A DNA stretch of 64,000 nucleotides from Centroscyllium fabricii (GCA_051313645.2 JBNRSN020000001.1:560232001-560296000); one strand, 5' to 3'; counted from the stretch's first letter, positions 22,278 to 34,308 are shown. Numbers and translations: made by a program. Notes: generated from the letters alone by a model not told the origin.

Positions 22278-23879
22278 CTATTCAAAAAGGGTGGTAGAGA
22301 GAAAGCGGTGAATTACAGACTGGTAAGCCTGACATCGGTAGTGGGGAAAATCCTAGAGTCCATTATAAAGGATGTAATAGCAGAGCACTTTGAAAACAGT
22401 GACAGGGTCAGACATAATCAACATAGATTTACAAAGGGTAAATTGTGCTTGACTAATCTACTGGAATTTTTGAGGATGTAACTGGGAAAATAGATATGGG
22501 AGAACTAGTAGATGTGTATTTGGACTTTCAAAAGGCTTTCGATAAGGTCCCGCATAAGAGATTAGCATGTAAAGTTAAGGCACATGGGATTGGGGCAAGG
22601 TATTGACTTGGATAGAGAACTGGTTGGCGGACAGAAAGCAGAGAGTAGGAATTAACGGGTCTTTTTCCGAGTGGCAGGCAGTGACTAGTGGGGTACCGCA
22701 GGGATCGTTCCATGGACCCCAGCTATTCACAATATACATTAATGATCTAAATGAGGGAACTAGATGTAATATCTCCAAGTTTGCAGACAACACAATGCTG
22801 GGTGGGCGTGTGTGCTGCAAGGAGGATACCGAGGAACTCTAGGATGATTTGGACAGGTTGGGTGATTGGGCAGAAGTGTGGCAGATGCAATATAACGTGG
22901 ATAAATGCGCGGTTATCCACTTTGGTGTCAAAAACAGAAAGGCAAACTATTATCTAAATGGCAATAGATTGGGAGAAGGGGAAGTGCAACGAGACCTGGG
23001 TGTTCTTGTGCACCAGTCGCTGAAGGTAAGCATGCAGGTGCAGCAGGGGGTTAAGAAGGCAAATGGTATGTTGGCCTTCATAGCGAAAGGGTTTGAGTAC
23101 AGGAACCAGGATGTCCTGCTGCAGTTGTACAGGGCCTTGGTGAGACCACACCTTGAGTAATGTGTGTAGTTTTGGTTGCCTTATCTGAGGAAGGATGTTC
23201 TTGCCATGGAAGGAGTTCAGTGAAGATTCACAAGGCTGATACCTGGGATGACAGGAATGACATATGAGGAGAGATTGGGTCGATTGGGCTTCCAGCCGCT
23301 GGAGTTTAGAAGAATGAGAGGGGATCTCATTGAAACTTAGAAAATTCTGACAGGACTGGACAAACTAGATGCAGGAAGAATGTTCCCGATGGTCGGGGAG
23401 TCCAGAACCAGGGGTCATAGTCTAAAGATAAGGGCTAAGCCATTTAGGACTGAGATGAGGAGGAATTTCTTCACCCAGAGAGTGGTGAATCTGTGGAATT
23501 CTCTACCACAGAATGTAGTTGAGGCCAAGTCATGAAATATATTCAAGAAGGAGTTAGATATATTTCTTAGAGCTAAAGGTATCAAGGGATATGGTGAGAA
23601 GGCAGGTACGGGGTACTGAATTTGGATGATCAGCCATGATCTTATCGAATGGCGGAGCAGGCTCGAGGGGCCGAATAGCCGACTCCTGCTCCTATTTTCT
23701 ATGTTTGACCTACCTCATTCCCCAGAACCAGATCCAGCAATGCCTCCTTCCTCGTCGGGCCGGAAACATACAGATCAAGAAAGTTCTCCTGAACACACTT
23801 CAGAAATTCTTCCCCTTTTCTGTCCTTTACACTATTTTGAACCCAGTCTATATTAGGGTACTATAAGTCCCCATTATTA

Positions 23880-24125
23880 CTACTCTATTGTTCCTGTACC
23901 TCTCTAATTTCTCTGCAAATTTGCTCCTCCATATATTTACCACTAGTTGGTGGTCTATAGAATACGCCTAGTAGTGTAATGGCACCTCTATTGTTTCTTA
24001 ACTCTAGCCATATAGATTCTGTCCTTGACCCCTCCAGGACAACATCTCTCTCCAGCACTGTAACATTCTCCATAACCAATTCTGCTGCACCACCTCCTAT
24101 CTTTCCTGAACATCTTATAACCAAG
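23880..24125 (-). mobile_element. CR1 endonuclease fragment
   Basis: ESIWLELRNNRGAITLLGVFYRPP. Confidence 0.75.
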
Positions 24126-24809
24126 AATATTTAAATTAATGCTGTATTGTATTGGGGCAAAAGTACAGATGTACTGACTTAACATTTTTCTGCGTGATGT
24201 GGAATCTTCAATTGGGTCTTTCTATTAATTTTCTGAAAGTTTAACTATCTCGTTGCTGAAGTGCACCTGTTCAGTTAAGTCTTGCTCTCAATTCAAGAAA
24301 AAATTCAATTGTTTTAAGGAATTTAGTTACTTGAGGAATTCTCTTATCCAGTGGGTTTGTAATGTATTCAATTTACAAGTTCTTGCCCTGGCTAAGAGCC
24401 TGACATTAAGTCATGTGGAGTTTTACTGCAGTGCATGTCGGAACTAATTTTCTGCTCAACGCAGCTGCACTCTCCTGCTCCTGCCCTACTCCTGGTCTCC
24501 TACAGTTCAGTCTGTCAGTGGGGGGAAACAGAGGCCTGACAATTCCTATACTGTTGGAAGTATCAACCCGAGTGAGTAATAGTACTGAATGTTCCAACTT
24601 CTAGTTTTTGCTGACTCTGAGAATAATCATTCAGTAATAACTATTTACTTATTTACTTGTTTTAGCTCTGCTGTTGTGTTTTTTTTTACTTTCATGCTAC
24701 CCTCTAACTGGGAGGTTGGTAAGGTGACTTGTTTCCCAGACTTTTGCCAACACTGGTCTGTTAACAGCTGCTAGGTAGTGCATGAGGACAGCATGGGTTG
24801 ACTCACGTT

Positions 24810-24842
<33 letters not shown>

Positions 24843-24934
24843 CCACCATCCCCTGGTCTCCTTTCCAATGAAGAAATGGCTTGTTCCATCTTGATGTCTC
24901 CCAGACACTGAAATTGATCATTGGCAACTCAAAG

Positions 24935-25928
24935 CTTTATTGACAATTTGGAGGAAGGGACCGAGTGCAATGTATCCAAGTTTGCCAACAATAAAAAGAT
25001 GGTAGGGAAAACAGTGAGTGAGGAGGACACAGAAAACCTGCAAAAGGACATAGACAGGTTAACTGAGTGGGCAAAAATTTGGCAGATGGAATATAATGTT
25101 GGAAAGTGTGAGGTTATGCACTTTGGCAGAAAAAATCAAAGAGCAAGTTATTATCTAAATGGAGAGAAACTGCAAAGTGCTACAGTACAAAGAGATCTGG
25201 GGTCCTGGTGCATGAAACACAGGAGGTTAGTATGCAGGTACAGCAGGTGATCAGGAAGGCCAATGGAATCTTGGCTTTTATTGGAAGGGGGATGGAGTAC
25301 AAAAGCAGGGAAGTCTTGCTGCAGTTATACAGGGTACTGGTGAGGCCACACCTGGAATACTGCGTACAGTTTTGGTTTCCATATTTAAGCAAAGATATAC
25401 TTGCTCTTGAGGCTGTTCAGAGAAGGTTCACTCGGTTGATTCCGGAGATGAGGGGGTTGACTTATGAGGAAAGGTTGAGTAGGTTGGGCCTCTACTCATT
25501 GGAATTCAGAAAAATGAGAGGCGATCTTATCGAAACATATAAGATTGTGAAGGGGCTTGATCGGGTGGGTGCGGTGAGGATGTTTCCACTGATGGGTGAG
25601 ACTGGAACTAGGGGGCATAATCTTCGAATAAAGGGCTGCCCTTTCAAAACTGAGATGAGGAGAAACTTCTTCACTCAGCGGGTAGTAAATCTATGGAATT
25701 TGGTACCTCAGAGAGCTGTGGAAGCTGCGACATTAAATAAATTTAAAACGGAGATAGACAGTTTCCTAGCTGATAAGGGAATAAGGGGTTACGGGGGAAT
25801 AAGGGGTTACGGGGAGCGGGCAGGGAAGTGGATGTGAGTCTAAGTTTGGATCAGCCATGATCCTATTGAATGGCGGAGCAGGCCCGACGGGTCGTATGGC
25901 CTACTCCTGCTCCTACTTCTTATGTTCT
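24935..25928 (+). mobile_element. CR1 LINE 3' fragment
   Basis: ORFs 24921-25250 and 25208-25837; same family as 6785-8845. Confidence 0.9.
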
Positions 25929-26248
25929 AAAGAATGTTGATGCATCAAACCAATGTGCCATAGTGATTTGCACGCACAATTTCCCAATGATGAATTACCA
26001 ATTTTGTTTGCGTTGTCAGGGGGAGCGGACAAGTTTGATGTAGTTCTTTCCCGTGGGTAGTGTGAAGAAGGTAAAAAAAGAAAAGCACATAGATCACCTG
26101 AACCTCTGCTAACCTGCTGATTGCAGCCTGATCAATGTAGATGCTGTCGGAGAGATATGGGAGTGAGTTGCCTTCCTAGCTTGGCAGGGGGATGGATGAG
26201 CAGACGATCAAGGAGAGAAAACCAGAAATTACTTTTTTTTTTAAACAG

Positions 26249-26523
26249 TGTGGTAACCCATAATATGTATATGTACCACTGAATTATTGTTGCCAACAAT
26301 TGGCTGTGTGTGATACACAGCCTGTAACACTGTCGTGGAGCCAGGTCAGCCACACCTCTAACTCCTCCCCCAGGTGAGGCCTTTATAGGTGAGGACTGAC
26401 CGAGGCTCCCTCATTCTGTTCTGATGTTCGTTCGGAGGGTAGCTCCAAAGTAAGTTATTAAAAGCCTATAGTTACGGTAACTACTCGTCCAGTCTTTTAT
26501 TAAGAGATATTGACGATACGTCA
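26249..26523 (+). repeat. 5' LTR (275 bp) with TATA-like box (~26384), Inr-like TCATTC (26411) and ATTAAA (26457)
   Basis: Matches 32070-32344 except GTGAGG/GTGTGG. Confidence 0.95.
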
Positions 26524-26548
26524 ATTTTAATAACTTAAAAATTTTGAA

Positions 26549-28310
26549 ATGGAGAGCGGTGCAGTAAAGCCAGAAAAGCTGGATATCAATCCACAGGACC
26601 CAGCCGCCGCCACCACGTTCGAACACTGGTTCGGTCTCCTGGAGGCCTATATGGACGCTGCCAAGGCTACAACCGACGGGAACAAGCTACAGGTTCTCCG
26701 GTCTAGGATCTCCAGCCGAGTATTCTCCCTCATCCGAGATGCCAAAACCTACCCAGGGGCAGTGGAAAAGCTGAGGAAATGCTACGAGCGCCCGGTCCAT
26801 TCGGTCTACGTCAGACATGTGCTCGCGACCAGACCACAACTACCGGGTGAGACCAATGAACAGTTTGAGCAAGCGCTCCAGGCCCTGGTACGGGTCTGTG
26901 GCTGCCAAGCCCGGACAGCAGAAGAGGAGGCGAACCTCCTCGTCCGAGACGCGTACGTAACCGGCCTGAGGTGCGTGGAAGCCCGCCAGCGGCTGCTCGA
27001 AAAAGACTCTTTGTCTCTGGAAGAGGCTATCGCCACAGCTAACTCCGTTGAAGGAGCACGCAATAAATTGCAGGCGTACAGCGGCACAAACCCGCAGGCC
27101 TACGACATGTGGGCCGCGCCACAACGGGCCCAGGCCTGGGCAGCACCACAACGGGTCGAGACCCCCACGATGGCTGCGACAGCCACAAAGGACAAACGCT
27201 GCTATTTCTGCGGCCAGGGATTGCACCCGCGAGCGAGATGCCCAGCAAGGACCGCGACCTGCGAGAGGTGCGCCAAAAAGGGACATTACGTAAAGGCTTG
27301 CAGATCAGCACCAGCAGCGCCCAACTCCAGGTACAACAGCGCAGCCTGTGAAAGCTCCGACAGACCTCAGGTAAGCTGCAATAGCAGCGCGATCCAGCGA
27401 CGGCCCGGGGGTAGAAGGGAAGCGCCCCCAGCTCCCACCCCGATGCGGCAAAGGCCGGCAAAGCGCGACCCCCCAACGCCAGCAGCAGACCCAAAGCGGC
27501 CGGCTGCGTGCGAATCACGGGCACCGCCAACCCGACCACCGCGGCCCGCTGCGTGCGAACTACGGGCGCCGCCAACCCAGTCACCGCGGCCCGCTGCGTG
27601 CGAACCACGGGCGCCGCCAGCGCGCTCACAGCGGTCAGCCACGTGCAAACCACGGGCGCCGCCATCTCGACCCCAGCGGCCCACCATGTGCGACCCCTCG
27701 GTGCCGCCATTTTGTCCCCAGTGGCCCGCCATGTGCGAGCCAGGGGCGCCACCATTTTGTCTCCAAGGCCCCACCATGTGCGAGCCAGGGGCGCCGCCAT
27801 TTTGTGTACAGCCCCAACCAGCAGGGGGCCCCCACACACACAAGTACACGTCGGCTTCAGCCATACCCAGAGTGGACCAGGACAGGCCACGCACTCTGTC
27901 GAATTCGATAATGCCTATTAAAATAAACGGCCATATTATCGATTGCTTATTTGACACTGGAAGCACGGAGAGCTTTGTGCACCCCGATACAGTGCAGCGC
28001 TGCGGACTGCAGATCCTGCCCACGAACTACAAAGTCTCCCTTGCTTCAAAGTCCCACACCGCGGATGTCACCGGCTACTGCTCCGTCACGCTCACAGTCA
28101 AGGGGTGCGTGTACCATAATTTTAAATTGTACACCCTTCAGCAGTTGTGTGCCCCAGCCTTACTAGGTCTGGATTTCCAGTGCCACCTCAAGAGCGTGAC
28201 AATGGAGTTCGGCGGGACCTTGCCCCCCCTCACCATCAGTAGACGGGACAGTCCCTTCCCAAAGCGGAGCCCGGCCTGCGGCCTCTCCACCCTGAAAATC
28301 GACCCCCCCC
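26549..28310 (+). CDS. Gypsy gag-protease
   Basis: ATG 25 nt after LTR; zinc knuckles CYFCGQGLHPRARC, CERCAKKGHYVKAC; LFDTGS protease; an extra C in the C8 run at 28303-28310 shifts it out of the pol frame. Confidence 0.88.
27497..27811 (+). repeat. 45-bp coding tandem repeat x7 (15-aa RPAACEPRAPP.. units)
   Basis: RPAACESRAPPTRPP / RPAACELRAPPTQSP / RPAACEPRAPPARSQ / ... / GPTMCEPGAPPFCVQ. Confidence 0.85.
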
Positions 28311-30183
28311 TCACTGTTCGCCAACCTCGACCCCAAGTGCAAACCTATTGCTACCAAGAGTCGGCAGTACAGTGTGGGGGATCGCACGTTTATCAGGTCG
28401 GAGGTCAGGCGTATGCTGAAGGAGGGGATAATTGAAGCCAGCACCAGCCCCTGGCGGGCCCAGGTAGTAGTGGTGAAGTCTGGCGAGAAACAGCGGCTGG
28501 TGATCGATTACAGCCAGACTATCAACCGCTACACCGGGCTCGACGCCTACCCCCTCCCCCGCATCTCGGAAATGGTCAACCAGATCGCCCAATATAAGGT
28601 GTTCTCCACGATCGACCTTAAGTCGGCGTATCACCAGCTCCCTATCCGGAAAGCCGACCGCCCCTACGCCTTCGAGGCGAACGGTCGGCTCTACCACTTC
28701 CTCCGGGTCCACTTCGGCGTGACCAACGGAGTGTCAGTGTTCCAAAGGGAGATGGACCACATGGTTGACCAGAACGATTTGCAGGCCACTTTCCTTTACC
28801 TGGACAACGTGACCATCTGCGGCCACGACCAGCAGGACCACGATGCCAATCTGGCCAAATTCCTCGACACGGCGGATAAGCTGGACCTCACGTATAACAA
28901 AGACAAATGTGTCTTTAATACAGACCGGCTCGCCATCCTCGGATACGTGGTGGAAAACGGGGTCCTCGGCCCCGACCCACAGCGTATGCGACCCCTTCAA
29001 GAACTGCCCCTACCTCACAACCCTAAAGCCTTGAGGAGATGCCTAGGGTTTTTCTCCTATTACGCACAATGGGTCCCACAGTTAACGGACAAGGATAGAC
29101 CACTCCTCAAGGCTGCCGTTTTCCCCCTTTCGGTAGAAGCCCAAATGGCATTCGCCCGGATAAAGGAAGACATCATCAAGGCGACCATGCTCGCTGTTGA
29201 TGAATCCATCCCCTTCCAGGTGGAGAGCGACGCTTCGGACTTCGCCCTTGCTGCCACCCTGAATCAGGCAGGCAGGCCCGTAGCGTTTTTCTCCCGCACC
29301 CTACAGGGACCCGAAACTCGCCACTCTGCAGTGGAAAAGGAGGCCCAGGCCATCGTGGAGGCCGTGCGCTACTGGCGTCATTACCTGGCCGGTAAGTGTT
29401 TTACCCTTCTCACCGACCAACGGTCGGTGGCGTTTATGTTTAATAATAAACAGAAGGGTAAGATCAAGAATGATAAGATCCTGCGGTGGCGGATCGAACT
29501 CTTGACTTACGAGTACGACATTCTTTACCGACCAGGTAAACTCAATGAACCCCCGGACGCACTGTCCAGGGGAACGTGCGCCAGTGCCCAGCTAGACCGG
29601 CTGAAGGACCTCCACGACCGCCTTTGCCACCCGGGTGTCACCAGACTCGCCCACTTCGTCAGATCCTGTAGCCTCCCCTACTCCATCACGGAGATCAAGG
29701 CTATGACCCGAGAGTGCCCTGTTTGCGCCGAGTGCAAACCCCAATTTTTCCGGCCAGACACGGTGCACCTCATCAAGGCCACCCGCCCCTTTGAACGTCT
29801 CAGCGTGGACTTCAAAGGCCCCCTCCCCACCACCGACCGCATCTCATACTTCCTCACGGTCGGAGATGAGTTCTCCCGCTTCCCCTTCGCCTTCTCCTGC
29901 GCAGATATGACGAGCGCAACGGTGATAAAACACTTCACCATGCTGTTCGCCATTTTCGGTCTCCCCAGCTACATCCATAGCGACCGGGGGTCATTGTTCA
30001 TGAGCGATGAACTGCGTCAGTTTCTGCTCCAGAAAGGGTTTGCCACGAGCAGAACGACCAGTTACAACCCCCGGGGGAACGGCCAGGTAGAAAGGGAGAA
30101 TGGGATCATCTGGAAGGCGGTCACCCTGGCTCTGAAGTCCAGAGGCCTTCCAGTGGCCCATTGGCAGGCAGTCCTCCCAGACG
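28311..30183 (+). CDS. Gypsy pol (RT, RNase H, integrase), interrupted by CR1
   Basis: SPWRAQVVVV, DLKSAYHQ, YLDN, ESDASDFALAATL, TDQRS, HPG..C..C, VDFKGP, HSDRG, NGQVER. Confidence 0.9.
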
Positions 30184-31446
30184 TAATCTATTGGAATTCT
30201 TTGAGGAAGTAACTCGGAAAATAGATGGCGGAGAGCCAGTAGATGTGGTGTAACTTGACTTCCAGAAAGCTTTCGAAAAGGTCCCACATAAAAGATTAGC
30301 ATGTAAAATTAATGCTCATGGGATTGGGGGCAAAGTTTTGATGTGGATAGAGAACTGGTTGGCAGACAGAAAACAGAGAGTTGGAATTAACGGCTCCTTT
30401 TCTGAGTGGCAGTCGGTGACTAGTGGAGTACCGCAGGGGTCTGTCCTGGGACCTCAGCTGTTTACAATATATATTAATGATCTGGATCAGGGAATTGAAT
30501 GTAATATCTCCAAATTCGTGGACGACACCAAACTAGGAGGGGGGGCAGGCTCTGAAGAGGGTGTCAGGAAGCTACAGGGCGATTTGGATAAGTTGGGGGA
30601 CTGGGCAGATAGATGGCAGATGCACTATAATGTGGATAAATGTGAGGTTATCCACTTTGGGGGCAAAAACAGGAGGGCAGATTACTACTTAAATGGCAGT
30701 AGATTGGGAGATGGGGAGGTGCAGAGAGACCTAGGTGTTCTTGTACACCAGTCGCTGAAGGCGAGCACGCAGGTGCAGCAGGCGGTTGGGAAGGCAAATG
30801 GTATGTTGGCCTTCATATCAAGAGGGTTCGAGTATCGGAATAAGGATACCTTACTGCAGCTGTACAAGGCACTGGTGAGACCACACCTCGAGTATTGTGT
30901 ACAGTTCTGGTCGCCTCGCCTGAGGAAGGATGTTCTTGCCATGGAAGGAGTGCAGCGGCGTTTCACCAGGCTGATTCCTGGAATGGCAGGAATGACCTAC
31001 GAGGAGAGATTGTGTAGTCTGGGCTTGTACTCGTTGGAGTTTAGAAGATTGAGAGGCGATCTCATTGAGACGTATAAAATTCTGAAAGGTCTGGACAGGC
31101 TAGATTCAGAGAGAATGTTTCCAATGATGGGGGAGTCCAGAACCAGGGGCCACAGTCTAAGGATAAGGGGTAAACCATTTAGGACAGACATGAGGAAGAA
31201 TTTCTTCACTCAGAGAGTGGTGGGCCTGTGGAATTCCCTGCCACAGAGGGCGGTGGAGGCCAGTTCATTAAACATATTCAAGAGGGAATTGGATATATTT
31301 CTTCAAGCTAAAGGGATTAAAGGTTATGGAGAAAAGGCGGGGACGGGGTACTAGCTTGCTAAAGATCAGCCATGATCTCATTGAATGGCGGAGCAGGCTC
31401 GAAGGGCTGAATGGCCTACTCCTGCTCCTATCTTCTATGATTCTAT
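30184..31446 (+). mobile_element. 5'-truncated CR1 LINE inserted in the Gypsy integrase
   Basis: ORF 30338-31354 RT C-terminal half; TSD GACG (30180-30183, 31447-31450); TTCTATGA tail. Confidence 0.92.
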
Positions 31447-32049
31447 GACGCGCTGCATTCTATACGCTCTCTCCTGTGTACGGCCACTAACGCCACCCCT
31501 CATGATTTGATTTTTGCTTTTCCCAGGAAGTCGAATTCGGGGACAGCTCTTCCTCCATGGCTCACGACACCGGGGCCGGTCTTCCTTAGGAGACACGTCC
31601 GTGGCCACAAGACCGACCCCCTGGTGGACAAGGTGCAGCTCCTGCATGCGAACCCGCAATACGCGTTTGTACAGTTCCTGGACGGGCGTGAGGACACCGT
31701 TTCAATTAGGGACTTGGCGCCCGCAGGAAACGCCGCAGCAGAGCCCCTGGTCGGCCAGCAGCCCGCCCAGCCACATTATCCAGAACACCCCCTACACCTA
31801 CGATGGCCTCCGAGGTTTCCAGAGCCCCAGTCGTGGCCAGCCCAAGACCACCACTCTGATAGCTCGGACCATCTGAGACCATCACCATCCGAAACTACGG
31901 CACCAGAGCCGCTGTCACCACCAACGGACTCGAGCAGCACGGACCACGAAGAACCATCACCGGAACTCCGGCGGTCCTCCAGGCTGACACGACCGCCGGA
32001 CAAACTGATATTGAACTGCTCGGTCCATTCACCCCCCCCCCGGACTTAA
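31447..32049 (+). pseudogene. Gypsy pol C-terminus resuming after CR1
   Basis: DALHSIRSLLCTATNATPH..GPVFLRRHVR..ANPQYA..DGREDTVSIRDLAP..LRRSSRLTRPPDKL continues VLPD in frame. Confidence 0.88.
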
Positions 32050-32069
32050 AATTTTCAAGAAGGGGTGAA

Positions 32070-32344
32070 TGTGGTAACCCATAATATGTATATGTACCAC
32101 TGAATTATTGTTGCCAACAATTGGCTGTGTGTGATACACAGCCTGTAACACTGTCGTGGAGCCAGGTCAGCCACACCTCTAACTCCTCCCCCAGGTGTGG
32201 CCTTTATAGGTGAGGACTGACCGAGGCTCCCTCATTCTGTTCTGATGTTCGTTCGGAGGGTAGCTCCAAAGTAAGTTATTAAAAGCCTATAGTTACGGTA
32301 ACTACTCGTCCAGTCTTTTATTAAGAGATATTGACGATACGTCA
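32070..32344 (+). repeat. 3' LTR (275 bp)
   Basis: Preceded by PPT, followed by TSD. Confidence 0.95.
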
Positions 32345-32564
32345 AACAGTAAAAAAAATCTTTAAATCCGGATGGTGATTATTATAAAGGTTAAACTTAC
32401 AATCATTTTGACTGTCCCACCAGCTACAGTCACTCCAGAATGCTGACACATTTTCCTGAGACTGTTCAACGTATCTGCCTTTTATACTCAGTCACTGACA
32501 GTATTTGTAAAGGTATTTGACTCCCGATTCAGACATATGTTAAGTTCAATCGCTTCCCAACTTC

Positions 32565-32935
32565 ACGACACGGTGGCGCAGTGGTTAGCACTGCTGCCTC
32601 GCAATAAGGCAGCTCCTGGGTTCGAATCCTGCTTGGCCCGGGACACCTCTGCGTGGAGTTTGCATGTTCTCCCCGTGTTCGTGTGGGTTTCCTCCGGGTA
32701 CTCCGGTTTCCTCCCACCACCCAAAGACATGCAGCTTAGGTGAATTGGAGATACTAAAAATTGGCCATGAGTATGTGTGTGAGATATAGTTCTTAGAGTT
32801 GGGGGTGTCGGGGGATATGGGGCGAGGGTAGGAGGCGGGGAGCTGGGTTTGGATGATCAGCCATGATCTCATCAAAAATGGCGGAGCAGGCTCGAAGGGC
32901 CGAATGGCTTAAACCTGCTCCTATCTTCTGTGTTT
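32565..32935 (+). mobile_element. V-SINE, second subfamily
   Basis: GGTGGCGCAGTGG / GGTTCGAATCC tRNA boxes, V-domain, CR1 tail; close copy at 60485-60860. Confidence 0.85.
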
Positions 32936-33528
32936 CTCTCATTTTATAGGATTTCTGATTCAAACAAAAATCTTTCACTGGTCTTCACATTTTATGTTCA
33001 ATATTACCAGCGCAACACACACAAATTCTGTATTTGTGTGTAATAGCAGTTTAAATTGGATTTAGTTGGACTGTTGATGATTACACTTCCTTTAAAACTA
33101 GCCATTCTTGTTTCTTGTAAGTCGTCGATAAAAACCTTGATTCAAATGGCATGTATTGCAATGTACTCGATCAGCTTTCTGCTGTTTGCGGCTTGTAATT
33201 TTATTCTTGGGACGTGGGTGAAGCTGGGTCAATCATCTCAGCCCCAGCATATCGCTGCCCGAGCTCCTCAGGGCAGTGTCTTAGGCCAACCATCTTCAGC
33301 TGTTTCATCAATGACCTTCCCTCCATCATAAGGTCAGAAGTGGGTATGTTCGCTGATGACTGCACAGTGTTCACCATTCGCAACTCCTTATATGATGAAG
33401 TAGTCTGTGCTCGCAGCAAGACCTGGACAGCGTTCAGGCTTGGGCTAATAAGTGGCAAGTAACATTCGAGCCACTCAGGCAATGCCCATCTCCAACAAGA
33501 GAGAATCTAGCAACCTCCCCATGACATT

Positions 33529-34293
33529 GGGCCAGAAATCCCGATGAGCGCAGGAGGTTTTGGAGCCGGGTGTTAGCGCACCCGAGCTCCGAATTGCAGG
33601 GAACAGCCGTTTCCAGCTGTTACCTGCAATTCCAAAGGCGGCCAGTGGGGGGTCGCGAGCTGCTGCGAGCTGGATCGCGTTCGCCTGCGCACCACGATGT
33701 GCGCAGTGCACTTCCCATTTTTTTTCCGATGTTTTTTATCGGGGTAAGTATTGAAGATTTTACACTTAAAAATATCAGACGTAAGCACCCGTTTTTAGCA
33801 GGTAAGTCTTTATTTTATAGAATTTAAGTAATTGTTTTTACAGGTTTTTAATTTTTTTTAACTTTAAAGACAGGTAAGTATTCTTTTAGGCCAGTTAAAG
33901 ACCTTAATTTTTTTTCTAAATTTTTATTTTTTCTTTAAAATAGGTAATTTATGTTAGTTAGAGTATTGTTAAAAAATGTGGTGTTTTTTTAATTTTATTT
34001 TTGTGTTTAGATGTGTTTTTGAAGCTCTTGCTTTCAAAACTTACACAGATTTCTCCGTGTAAGTTATGAATGGAGGATTGCTTCCATTGATTGGCTCCCT
34101 GCAGATCACGTGGTCTCGTGCGATATCTCGCACTAATTACGCCGTTCAGTTGCACCAGCAGGGCGCTTAGAGCTTTCAGCAGCTGTACAACTCGGGAGTT
34201 TACATCGTAGAATTGCAAAACGGCAGAAGTGCAGGGTAAGTGTACCTTGGAGCCTTGCACTCGCACGAAGGCTCCAAGGCTAATTTCTGGGCC
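33529..34293. mobile_element. MITE, PIF/Harbinger-like (GGGCCAGAAAT termini, ATT TSD)
   Basis: GGGCCAGAAAT..ATTTCTGGGCC, ATT on both sides restoring the host LINE; inverted homologue at 59393-60175. Confidence 0.75.
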
Positions 34294-34308
34294 ATTGAAT
34301 GGGATTAC

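Larger units (their letters stand above)
19523..23705 (+). mobile_element. Older CR1 LINE (host of the young CR1 at 19567-22277)
   Basis: VPMDWRVANVTPLF | KKGGREKAVNYRLVSLTSVVGK continues across the insertion; multiple stops and frameshifts. Confidence 0.85.
26249..32344 (+). mobile_element. Full-length Ty3/Gypsy LTR retrotransposon (YLDN RT, no tRNA PBS)
   Basis: 275-bp TG..CA LTRs differing at one position, TSD AACAG (26244-26248, 32345-32349), PPT AAGAAGGGGTGAA, gag-pro-RT-RH-IN. Confidence 0.97.

Noticed and set aside
24130-24930. Possible additional upstream LRRC1 exon in non-repeat islands (also 4090-4470, 32940-33200, 36760-37150)
   Set aside because: No LRR-like reading frame bounded by AG/GT found by eye
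27039-28023. Long antisense ORFs (283 aa, 218 aa), and similar ORFs at 2523-3363
   Set aside because: By-products of GC-rich repeats with few stop codons; no domain features
28303-28310. Programmed frameshift between gag-pro and pol
   Set aside because: Lies after protease in a C8 homopolymer; removing one C restores KIDPPSLFANL, so slippage or sequencing error is more likely
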